Assembly (NCBI GenBank): GCA_031394025.1
Contig: JANMWO010000698.1
Span: 1 to 13,584, forward strand
Length of the DNA stretch: 13,584 bases
Origin: Acidobacteriota bacterium
GTDB taxonomy: Bacteria > Acidobacteriota > Terriglobia > Bryobacterales > Bryobacteraceae
Reading direction: 5' to 3'
In this document: piece after piece, positions 6,751-13,584 of the stretch
Position numbering within the stretch: position 1 is the stretch's first letter
How the letters are laid out: each line of letters opens with the position of its first letter
The notes under the pieces: model-generated
The model's database searches: none
Told to the model about the DNA's origin: nothing
The model's input: only the letters and a program-made list of their open reading frames with translations
Program-made: the position numbers and the translations under genes

Positions 6751-8553
6751 CTATTCCAACTTCCTTTCGTCCTTCTTCATGCCATCCTTAATCAGCCCGG
6801 CCAGCAAAATATTTACTAGTGACGCACCGCCACCGCCTGCCATAATCTGCGGCACAAGCGCCGTCTTCGCCTCAGCCAATGCGCGACCCACTTCAATCAC
6901 CGCGTAGTTATTCTGACCCACCGCCTCAGTCTTCAACTTAATAACTGAAGCTTCTGCGGTTCCAACCGCCGTGGTCCTTTCCGCCGTCGCGTTACCCACC
7001 ACCGTGAGCACTTCAGCATCGGCCTTGGCGTTGATTGTCTTCGACTCCGCTTCACCAGCAGCTTTTTTCACCACCGCTTTAGCATTGAACTCGGCGATTT
7101 CCACGGACCGCTCGGCAGCCACCACGCCTGCTTGCGTATCTGCTTGCGCTCTGGCTTGTTGCAAACTTTTGCGAGTCTCCTCCGCCGTGCGCTGTGTCTC
7201 AAAGGTAGTCTTTTCCTGTTCAGCAATTTTGCGATCCGTCAGCGTTTTCATCAGTGCTTCAGGAGGGGTGATGTCGCCAATCAGCGTATCCACCGCCACC
7301 ACGTTGTATTCCGACAGAGCTGCGGAAATGCGATTCTTCGCATCTTCCTGCCGTTCCTTGCGACCCCTCAGAAAGTCGATCACATCCGACCCTTGCGCTG
7401 CGTTGCGGAAGTAATTGCCGATGGTCGGCTCAAGAACTTGTGTTACAAGGTTGGCCACGCTTCCGAAACGGGCGATCACTTTTGGTGCATCGTTTCGAGG
7501 AATGTGAATGATTTGACTGACGTCCAGGTTGAACGTGAAGCCATCGGAGGAACGTACGGTAATTGTGGACAGGTTTTTATCCAAATTGTGAGCTTCACTC
7601 TTTCCCGTGGCCCAGTTCAAGACTACGTTGGCCGTCGGCACGCATTCCACCTTGTGTGTGTAAGGGTTAATGGGATACTTGCCCGGATCAAGTGGTTCCA
7701 CCCAGACTCCTTTCTGTCCTTTGCCGACCAAGTTGCCGTGGCGAAATGTATCGCCAGTAGTGTCCACACCAGGTTGGCCAACGTAGGCGATTACCACGCC
7801 AGCGCTTGCGATGGGAACGGAAGTCATTTCCCGGGATTCCACTGTAGCCAACCGCGGATTGATGAAGTAACGGCCGGCCAGGATTACTTGTTCCTGCAGG
7901 CCCTTGAACCCGCCGGCGTCGATGAACGATTGCCCATCCTGAAACATGTTGTGCCCAGAAATTTCTTTGCCAGCAATGTCGCCAGTTGGCAGTGACCGGC
8001 CTTCTTTGGTAGTGACAATGCCCACCATGTTGTCTTCAATTTCGGTAACTTTCTCAAGCACAACGCTAAACAGAGCGGTATTGATGCGATAGGTTCCTGG
8101 GGGAATCACGATGATCTGCGGGCCACGTTCACCGCTGTTTTCAAGAAACGACCGCGCATTCTGGAACGCATCGCAATCTACTTTTTTTGCAAGAACCCGG
8201 CCGTTTGTCAGCGGGATGCCGTCACGTGCTTCCACCACCCCAATAAAGCCTTCGTTGACGTTGGTGAACTGCTGTCGAATGATGTTGTACTGCCATGGCC
8301 AATAGCCGAAATAGAGTCCCGGGGCAAGGGAATCACCTTGGAATCCGGCTTCACCTTTCAGTGCGATGATCTTGCCGTCAGGTAGTGACTTGTTCGCACC
8401 CCACAGGACGAACTTCTTATTGACGATGCCAATTGAATCTTCGGGAATAACTGCGATGCCTAGAAGTCGAAACGTCCACCGATAGAAAATGAAGAAGAGG
8501 ACGATGGGGATCAACCACCAGAGATATTCCAGAAGTCCGGTCAAATTATTCAT
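6751..8553 (-). CDS. Flotillin-like SPFH/band-7 domain membrane protein (YqiK/FloT-like), 600 aa.
   Basis: The ATG at 8551-8553 is preceded by an AAGGAAT Shine-Dalgarno sequence. There is an N-terminal TM helix (LLEYLWWLIPIVLFFIFYRW), followed by a long SPFH/band-7 region. The C-terminal part is Ala/Glu/Lys/Thr-rich, coiled-coil, flotillin-type (…AEQEKTTFETQRTAEETRKSLQQARAQADTQAGVVAAERSVEIAEFNAKAVVKKAAGEAES…) and ends in a Gly-rich tail (AGGGGASLVNILLAGL). No NfeD/YqiJ-like partner gene is adjacent. Confidence 0.85.
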   Translation of the reverse strand: MNNLTGLLEYLWWLIPIVLFFIFYRWTFRLLGIAVIPEDSIGIVNKKFVLWGANKSLPDGKIIALKGEAGFQGDSLAPGLYFGYWPWQYNIIRQQFTNVNEGFIGVVEARDGIPLTNGRVLAKKVDCDAFQNARSFLENSGERGPQIIVIPPGTYRINTALFSVVLEKVTEIEDNMVGIVTTKEGRSLPTGDIAGKEISGHNMFQDGQSFIDAGGFKGLQEQVILAGRYFINPRLATVESREMTSVPIASAGVVIAYVGQPGVDTTGDTFRHGNLVGKGQKGVWVEPLDPGKYPINPYTHKVECVPTANVVLNWATGKSEAHNLDKNLSTITVRSSDGFTFNLDVSQIIHIPRNDAPKVIARFGSVANLVTQVLEPTIGNYFRNAAQGSDVIDFLRGRKERQEDAKNRISAALSEYNVVAVDTLIGDITPPEALMKTLTDRKIAEQEKTTFETQRTAEETRKSLQQARAQADTQAGVVAAERSVEIAEFNAKAVVKKAAGEAESKTINAKADAEVLTVVGNATAERTTAVGTAEASVIKLKTEAVGQNNYAVIEVGRALAEAKTALVPQIMAGGGGASLVNILLAGLIKDGMKKDERKLE

Positions 8554-8734
8554 TGCGATATTCCTTGTAGTGGTGGTTTCAATGTCTTCTGCTTAGCAGA
8601 GTCTCAATCTGATTTCGCCACCTCCACTATACATTGCGCGATCTGCAAGGAAACTGGGTCAACCATTTCAAATAGTCTTTGCACTATTATGATGAAGGAC
8701 CATAGTTCGGTGAACATCGTTCGGATAAGAATTT
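8554..8734. promoter_or_regulatory. Divergent intergenic region of 181 bp between the flotillin gene (minus strand) and the esterase gene (plus strand), containing nested inverted repeats.
   Basis: The region contains a 6-1-6 perfect inverted repeat TCTGCT-T-AGCAGA at 8588-8600. This is nested inside a longer imperfect inverted repeat TAGTGGTGG (8568-8576) ... CCACCTCCACTA (8618-8629). A 5-bp inverted repeat ATAGT-n6-ACTAT lies at 8672-8687. A candidate -35/-10 pair for the esterase is TTGCAC (8679-8684) with a 17-nt spacer to ATAGTT (8702-8707), which is a weak match. Confidence 0.3.
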
Positions 8735-8788
8735 ATGAGAATGAAAATATTTGGATTGACTCTCGCAGTTGTTGCCACTTTCGGGCAG
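8735..8788 (+). other. Predicted Sec signal peptide of the esterase.
   Basis: The sequence MRMKIFGLTLAVVATFGQ has a positive n-region, a hydrophobic h-region and a small-residue c-region (ATFG). The cleavage site is approximate. Confidence 0.45.
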
Positions 8789-9877
8789 GATGTTCCCCGT
8801 CGAGCTCCCTTGCTGCCGTTACCTGCTCCTGTTGGAGTTCCCAAACCTGGGCCTGTGACCGATGCCCCATATGTCCCATTGCCCATCTTGCAAGGCGGCG
8901 TGGTGGTGCCACTCTATCCGCCGAACTCTCCGTTCCTCAAAATGGAAAAAGTTCGCGAGGCCGAGCAATACAATATGAGCCAAGCCGTGCCAGGGCGTAT
9001 CAATAGCATCGTCAATATTCATAATCCTTCGGTTGAAGTACACATGGTTGATCGCGGTCTGAATACCGGTGCCGCATTAATTCTGGTGGCTGGCGGCGGG
9101 CATAATACTCTAAACGTCGGCACAGAGAGTGCTGATTTTGTTCCGTTTTTTTACAACTATGGCGTCAATACCATCATCCTGCGGAATCGCCTGCGACGTG
9201 ACGGATATAACGCGCAGACCGACGCGGTAAACGATGCGCAGCAGGCGATTCGCCTGGTTCGGGCTTATGCCAAGGAATGGAATATTGACCCCAACAAAAT
9301 CGGCATCATGGGCTTTTCCGCAGGCGCTGAACTTTCTGCTCCGGCGGCGGTCTTGTTTGAAGACTTTGACAAAAAGTACAGCGACCCTAACGATCCGTTA
9401 GCGGGGATTTCATCGCGGCCAGACTTTGTGGGCATCATCTATCCTGGTCCCACACCTTTCGCACGTAATCGCACCGCACCCCCGATTCCGCGAAATGTTC
9501 CGCCCGCGTTCATCGCTTGTGCTGGCTCGGGCGATCGCGGCCATGCTGTCTGGGCAATAGAATACTTTACCGCCATGTTGGCAATCGGCATTCCCAATAT
9601 TGAGATGCATATTTACGGAAGCGGCCGTCATCCTGGCGATGCTTTGGGCGATGGCAGTCGCATGACCGGAGGCTTGACGGATCGGAATGCCATTCCATTT
9701 GGGACCTGGCAATATCGGTACATCGACTGGTTCCGCGATCTTGGTTTTTTGCAAAAACCTGGCGTGGAAACAAAAGCCGCAAAAGATATTGCTACTTATT
9801 TGACACAGCCTCCTCCACGTGTGGGCGGGCAAGGTGGCACCTCGAATCAGCCAGTCACAGCCCCCGTAAAACCCTAG
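8735..9877 (+). CDS. Secreted alpha/beta-hydrolase fold esterase/lipase (Abhydrolase_3 / carbohydrate-esterase-like), 380 aa.
   Basis: The ATG at 8735 has a weak GGATAAGA Shine-Dalgarno sequence upstream. The N-terminal signal peptide is MRMKIFGLTLAVVATFG, followed by a Pro-rich linker. The nucleophile elbow is GxSxG as IGIMGFSAGAELSA. A Gly-rich oxyanion region LILVAGGGHN lies upstream, and a candidate catalytic His is in the C-terminal YGSGRHPGDA. The TAG stop at 9875-9877 shares the sequence CTAG with the convergent gene's stop. Confidence 0.75.
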   Translation: MRMKIFGLTLAVVATFGQDVPRRAPLLPLPAPVGVPKPGPVTDAPYVPLPILQGGVVVPLYPPNSPFLKMEKVREAEQYNMSQAVPGRINSIVNIHNPSVEVHMVDRGLNTGAALILVAGGGHNTLNVGTESADFVPFFYNYGVNTIILRNRLRRDGYNAQTDAVNDAQQAIRLVRAYAKEWNIDPNKIGIMGFSAGAELSAPAAVLFEDFDKKYSDPNDPLAGISSRPDFVGIIYPGPTPFARNRTAPPIPRNVPPAFIACAGSGDRGHAVWAIEYFTAMLAIGIPNIEMHIYGSGRHPGDALGDGSRMTGGLTDRNAIPFGTWQYRYIDWFRDLGFLQKPGVETKAAKDIATYLTQPPPRVGGQGGTSNQPVTAPVKP

Positions 9878-12588
9878 GATTGCTGACTGCTTTTGCGTCC
9901 AGGGAAGAGAGGGAAGCCATAGCCAATCAAGCAAAATTGATCCAAGGCGAACAAGACAATCGAATCTAGTGATCGGGCTTTGGCCATTTCAACTTCCTTA
10001 ATCCACGTTGTTGTCGAATCACCAATTCCAACCAGGAAGCTTCGTTGGCTTGCCGGGAAGCTTTTCCCTGCGCCGTATTCTATAGAAAACTGGCACTTAT
10101 TCAAGTTGCGTTCAAATGTGTAAGTGAAACTCTCCGTTTTCAAACTATCCAATTTTGCAGGGGTCCACTCCTGTATAGGAAAATTCACCAAAGTGTTCAA
10201 CGCGGAATCGTTCACATCGGGGGGATAAAGAACCTCGAATCGACAGTTCGGATAGGAAGTCCGGACATGTTCCATCAACTGCCGCGTGAAAGTACCTAGA
10301 AGACTTTGAAGGTGAGCTACCTCCTGTGGAAACAAGCTTGGGTCCGATTCTCTAGCGGGAATCGTTTGCATGCTCACACCATATTGTTGTAGGAAGGTGC
10401 TTGTGGTGTACGAATCGTAGAAGGGCATCCCCACTCCATGAAGTGGAAAATACCACCATTGAACTTCACCCAGTTGAAGATAGGGCACAACCCCTGCTGC
10501 GTTCAATAGCGCGGCCATTTCCAGATGAACACTTTGCCAATACGCCAAACTGGTGGGTGAAAAATTAGTTTGAATGGCCGGAGTATCCAATAGGACCGCA
10601 GCGCCATTGGGATATCGTTGGGCAATACCAGCGGTAACACTTGGGTCACCATCTTTCAACTCCGTACTAAACGCAACCGTCAGATCAATTCCATACTCTT
10701 TTAGCTTTCCGCAAAAGCCCGTTGTCCAATCGCGCACGGCTCGATTCAATTTGGGTGAAGATGCTAAGTCCGTTCTCCAATAACCATCTACTCCTCCCTG
10801 AAGATTTCCTAGAGCAGGAGACACTAGCAAAGTTGAATCGGTTGTGCTGAGTGAGATGCGAAGGTTGTTGCCTTCGGTTCCCATGGCTCGGGAGTAAATG
10901 GTGAGTGTTGTACCTGAAGCGACAGCCCGCACTCCAGTAAATCCATTGTTCAATCTCAGCTCAAAAGCTTTGCAAACTGTTGTTGGGGTGTCACCGAAAA
11001 GATGGAGGTGAACAATGGTGGTATCCAGAGCTGGACCAATCTTGAGAGTGGTACTGCTGCTGGGTGTAACTGATCCTGTAATGGAGAGTTGCGCTGACGA
11101 ATACACTTGGCCGAACTTTTCCATTTCATAAAACACCAACGCTCCAACATAGTGGTTCGCTCTGCCGCGGAATCCCAAGGACCACAGCATCCAAGCTGTT
11201 CTTTCGGCAGGAAGCGCCAATGAGTGATCCGTATCCCAATCGGTAGCCAAAGTAATGTCTTCAATGACTGGAAGATGAGTTACAAAATCGACAGGCAGCG
11301 CAATCTCAAGGAAATCGAAATAGAAGTAATCGCCAGTTGTTCCAGTGTGGGTGACAGAAAAAGTATGACTTCCAGCCGCGTAGGAACCAACAGAGATGCG
11401 GCAAAGTACATCCTCTCCTTTGATCGTAAGATTGAGTGTCTTTGCAATCGCTCCATCCACTCGGACGACGATCTGCGCACCATTTGGAACGTACCGACTT
11501 CCCAACAACAGTTCATGCGCAAATGGACACGTATAAGTCACGTTAAGTGAATTTCCTGGAGTATTGCTGTTGACGATTGTTCCACCGGAAAAATTTCCAC
11601 GTCCATAATTCCACTGACCTGTGTATTGGATTTCCTTTGCGTCATCTTCAATTCTTCGACTTCCAGGTCCTGCGATTCTATGTAGGCTGTTTTGTCCACT
11701 GACTACCCAATTCGAAATGTTTACGTTGAACTCATTGCGTTGGAATGGTCCCTGCTGGAACGCCGTTGCGTAAGTCCAACGCATTTTTCTAATCTTCGTT
11801 GAGGGCACAATGTGTCCAGTCACATCCAACAAATTTGAAAAGTCGAGAGAGACTCGCCATCTCGTTGGTGAAACGCCCCCAGAGAATATTTCGCTTGAGG
11901 GAGACCAAGTCATACTTGTATGTGACGAATGGCCGTAGGCACCCAATCTATTTCCGTTTGCGCCTACGCGGCTATTGATGACAGTGTTTCCAGGCCCCAC
12001 ATAAGTTAGCGTTATGACCGTTCCTTGGAGGCTTGCCCGCATTTGTGTTGAAAAAAAGTTGATGCTCGCCACAATCATACTGGCAATACTTTCAACCGTG
12101 TCGGACCCAAGTATTTGATGGGTGTGGTGCTCTTCCAGCCAAGCCAGTCCAACATATTGGCCAACAACAGGGTTGCCAGTTAACTCAAATTGAGCTGTTG
12201 GGCAAACGTAGCTACCGACAATTGGAGTGGCATGGTCCAGTAGTGAAACGAAGTAAACATCTTCACGAGTGTCGGTCCAAATTCTTAGAAACGGCCAATC
12301 CACAGTGTGGAAAAGATCGGAATCAATCGGGATGCAATTGGTCCTCTCCTCTTCATATACCAATTGCAGCCCACTTAGATCCCCGTCAGGAAGATTGCGG
12401 AATAGCGGATGTTCATAGACATTGTCGCGGTTCCATTCCACCACGGCCCAATCAAATTGTTGTCTCCATGAGCCGGACACGACAAACCCATTCGCATTGG
12501 CTTGGCTAAGAGATGCAATTGCTGAAGGGCGCAGAAAATATACTTGCAAATCACGATTCGGCTGAAGTTTCGATATCTGTTCCTGCAT
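9874..12588 (-). CDS. Large hypothetical protein of 904 aa with no signal peptide, containing a jelly-roll/CBM-like middle segment and a C-terminal alternating beta/alpha (TIM-barrel-like) region. It is possibly a phage or GTA tail-fibre/host-specificity-like protein or a carbohydrate-active protein.
   Basis: The ORF is long and uninterrupted. The ATG at 12586-12588 lies 3 nt downstream of the upstream gene's TAA stop. The composition is Gly/Ser/Thr/Asn-rich and beta-rich. The N-terminus MQEQISKLQPNRDLQVYF... has no hydrophobic signal. Residues about 315-432 (EIQYTGQWNYGRGNFSGGTIVN...RYVPNGAQIVVRVDGAIAKTLNLTIKGEDV...GSHTFSVTHTGTTGDYFYFDFLEIA) have the hydrophobic periodicity of galactose-binding-like / CBM jelly-rolls. 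Residues about 600-895 alternate short hydrophobic strands (IDLTVAFS, AAVLLDTP, VVPYLQLGEVQWWYFP, CRFEVLYPPD, SFLVGIGD, SIVLFALD) with helices. No nucleotide-binding or other canonical catalytic motif was recognised. Confidence 0.7.
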   Translation of the reverse strand: MQEQISKLQPNRDLQVYFLRPSAIASLSQANANGFVVSGSWRQQFDWAVVEWNRDNVYEHPLFRNLPDGDLSGLQLVYEEERTNCIPIDSDLFHTVDWPFLRIWTDTREDVYFVSLLDHATPIVGSYVCPTAQFELTGNPVVGQYVGLAWLEEHHTHQILGSDTVESIASMIVASINFFSTQMRASLQGTVITLTYVGPGNTVINSRVGANGNRLGAYGHSSHTSMTWSPSSEIFSGGVSPTRWRVSLDFSNLLDVTGHIVPSTKIRKMRWTYATAFQQGPFQRNEFNVNISNWVVSGQNSLHRIAGPGSRRIEDDAKEIQYTGQWNYGRGNFSGGTIVNSNTPGNSLNVTYTCPFAHELLLGSRYVPNGAQIVVRVDGAIAKTLNLTIKGEDVLCRISVGSYAAGSHTFSVTHTGTTGDYFYFDFLEIALPVDFVTHLPVIEDITLATDWDTDHSLALPAERTAWMLWSLGFRGRANHYVGALVFYEMEKFGQVYSSAQLSITGSVTPSSSTTLKIGPALDTTIVHLHLFGDTPTTVCKAFELRLNNGFTGVRAVASGTTLTIYSRAMGTEGNNLRISLSTTDSTLLVSPALGNLQGGVDGYWRTDLASSPKLNRAVRDWTTGFCGKLKEYGIDLTVAFSTELKDGDPSVTAGIAQRYPNGAAVLLDTPAIQTNFSPTSLAYWQSVHLEMAALLNAAGVVPYLQLGEVQWWYFPLHGVGMPFYDSYTTSTFLQQYGVSMQTIPARESDPSLFPQEVAHLQSLLGTFTRQLMEHVRTSYPNCRFEVLYPPDVNDSALNTLVNFPIQEWTPAKLDSLKTESFTYTFERNLNKCQFSIEYGAGKSFPASQRSFLVGIGDSTTTWIKEVEMAKARSLDSIVLFALDQFCLIGYGFPLFPGRKSSQQS

Positions 12589-12591
12589 TGG

Positions 12592-13584
12592 TTAGAACCT
12601 TACTGTTACGGTTAAATCCGCACCAGGTGTAGTGTTCACAGTACTGCCAACTGAAAGGATGTCAAGGGACAAACGTTTTGTGGGATCAAGCGAGTGTAGT
12701 CCAAAGCCATTCACAAGGTTCGATATCTTGTCTCCAATCGCAATAGTTAGTGAGGCCAATACCTCAGAATCCTGGCGAACTTGCAGAACAATGGGTGCAC
12801 CTGTGGGAGCGTCGTTCACCATTGCGTAAATATCACGAATGGCCGTTCTTGATTCCACTCGAATCGGCGGTGCCGCATCATTTTCAATAGATAGGAACCC
12901 GTCCACTTGCAGCGTAATCTGTCCCCCTGACAAAGTGCGCAACCCAAAATCGGTGGTGGCCGTATAGTTTTGCAATCCTGGTGCTGAGCTTCCAACACTG
13001 TTTGTCAGATACAACGAAGCTGCTGAAATTCTGCTGTTCGGCAAATCCAATGAATAAGCAAAATTCCCACTGCCCGGACTTCCGAAAAAGTTTCTTGAAA
13101 AGGGAACGATATAAACTCTGTTGAGCAGCGGATATACTGATGAGCCGGTAGCATGGCTCACCGCAGTCGTACCAAAACTTCCCCGACTCACCATATACTC
13201 AAGCCCGCCAGCAACAGGCTCTACAATTTTTATCAGTTCATCGGCGATCTGTAATATGGCACCCGCAGTGAGACCACTCGTCAGCGCCAGTTTGATTTTA
13301 TTTCCACTAATGGTTAGCTCTTCCGCCAGATGTAACTCAGAACCGTTACCAAGTTCATCCCAATAGTAAGTGGTCAGTGTACCTGATTGAATGGAATGCG
13401 TATTGGTGAATGACGTAAAAGCGATTGCACTCAAATAGACTTGACCTGTGCCACTCGTCGTCAACCCGAAGTCAGGTTCTGGGGGTGGCCCAATATCAAT
13501 CGCAGAACCAGTTGAGCCACCCAACTGCCAACGAGTAAGTGGAGACAGTTCGTAGGCACTTTCCCTCGCAAAAACATTCGCCGA
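12592..13584 (-). CDS. Hypothetical beta-rich protein, partial. The 5' end lies beyond the window end, at least 330 aa are present, and the C-terminus ends ...ADLTVTVRF.
   Basis: The minus-strand frame is open from the window edge (13584) to the TAA stop at 12592-12594, and I checked that there is no in-frame stop between 13525 and 13584. The TTG at 13524 offered by the ORF track is therefore probably internal. The protein is Gly/Ser/Thr/Asn-rich with alternating hydrophobic/polar beta-strand patterns. Its C-terminal residues L-T-V-T-V-R-F have hydrophobic residues at alternate positions ending in Phe, resembling an outer-membrane beta-barrel C-terminal beta-signal. Confidence 0.6.
   Translation of the reverse strand, partial: SANVFARESAYELSPLTRWQLGGSTGSAIDIGPPPEPDFGLTTSGTGQVYLSAIAFTSFTNTHSIQSGTLTTYYWDELGNGSELHLAEELTISGNKIKLALTSGLTAGAILQIADELIKIVEPVAGGLEYMVSRGSFGTTAVSHATGSSVYPLLNRVYIVPFSRNFFGSPGSGNFAYSLDLPNSRISAASLYLTNSVGSSAPGLQNYTATTDFGLRTLSGGQITLQVDGFLSIENDAAPPIRVESRTAIRDIYAMVNDAPTGAPIVLQVRQDSEVLASLTIAIGDKISNLVNGFGLHSLDPTKRLSLDILSVGSTVNTTPGADLTVTVRF

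Noticed and set aside
7132-7995. A 287-aa ORF on the plus strand, together with the 6971..7414 ORF.
   Set aside because: They are antisense within the flotillin coding region. Their low-complexity Ala/Ser/Cys-rich translation is produced by the complement of the flotillin Ala/Glu-rich coiled-coil codons. There is no independent support.
8689-9006. A 105-aa plus-strand ORF starting in the flotillin/esterase intergenic region.
   Set aside because: It is in a different frame from the esterase and overlaps it, and its Cys/Ser/Arg-rich translation has no family resemblance. The esterase ATG at 8735 with its signal peptide is the coherent call.
9410-9934. A 174-aa ORF on the minus strand.
   Set aside because: It overlaps the esterase gene on the opposite strand and extends into the 904-aa gene terminus. 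It has no motifs and is better explained as a shadow ORF.
13522-13524. A TTG at 13524 as the start of the terminal beta-rich ORF.
   Set aside because: The frame remains open with no stop up to the window edge at 13584, so the gene most likely starts beyond the window and the TTG is internal.
1-13584. Search for tRNA genes, rRNA fragments, CRISPR arrays, IS elements and integrase genes.
   Set aside because: The only non-coding stretches are about 166, 60, 181 and 21 bp long, and none has tRNA-like cloverleaf potential or direct-repeat/spacer periodicity. No transposase or integrase-like ORF is present in any frame.

Overview
The window is a gene-dense bacterial chromosomal segment of 13,584 bp with roughly 50% GC (estimated by eye) and almost no non-coding DNA. 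From 5' to 3' it contains eleven coding regions: (1) the 3' portion of a dicarboxylate/amino-acid:cation symporter (DAACS family), truncated by the window start; (2) on the minus strand, a housekeeping string of a CpaF/TadA-type secretion ATPase, ribosomal protein S1 (rpsA), integration host factor beta (ihfB) and a HIT-family hydrolase, of which the rpsA-ihfB adjacency is the conserved cmk-rpsA-ihfB type of synteny; (3) a Tat-signal Cys-type sulfatase whose stop codon abuts the start codon of a stand-alone TsaA/TrmO-like SAM-binding domain protein; (4) a lone flotillin-like SPFH/band-7 protein; (5) a secreted alpha/beta-hydrolase esterase; and (6) on the minus strand at the 3' end, two large Gly/Ser/Thr/Asn-rich, beta-rich proteins with no recognisable catalytic motifs, consisting of a partial ORF of at least 330 aa that runs off the window followed 3 nt later by a 904-aa ORF. 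I found no rRNA, tRNA, CRISPR array, IS element or integrase. The Tat-sulfatase, orphan CpaF and compact convergent gene arrangement suggest a non-enteric environmental bacterium, possibly Planctomycetes, Verrucomicrobia or Acidobacteria-like, but I cannot place it from sequence alone. The most unexplained feature is the terminal two-gene cassette. The 904-aa protein has no signal peptide, a mid-protein jelly-roll/CBM-like segment and a C-terminal alternating beta/alpha (TIM-barrel-like) region, so it resembles a phage or GTA tailspike or host-specificity protein, or a surface carbohydrate-active protein. Its upstream partner ends in an outer-membrane beta-signal-like motif (…LTVTVRF). Secondary points of interest are the orphan cpaF directly upstream of rpsA, the sulfatase/TsaA-like translational coupling, three convergent gene pairs with zero or negative intergenic distance, and nested inverted repeats in the flotillin 5' region.
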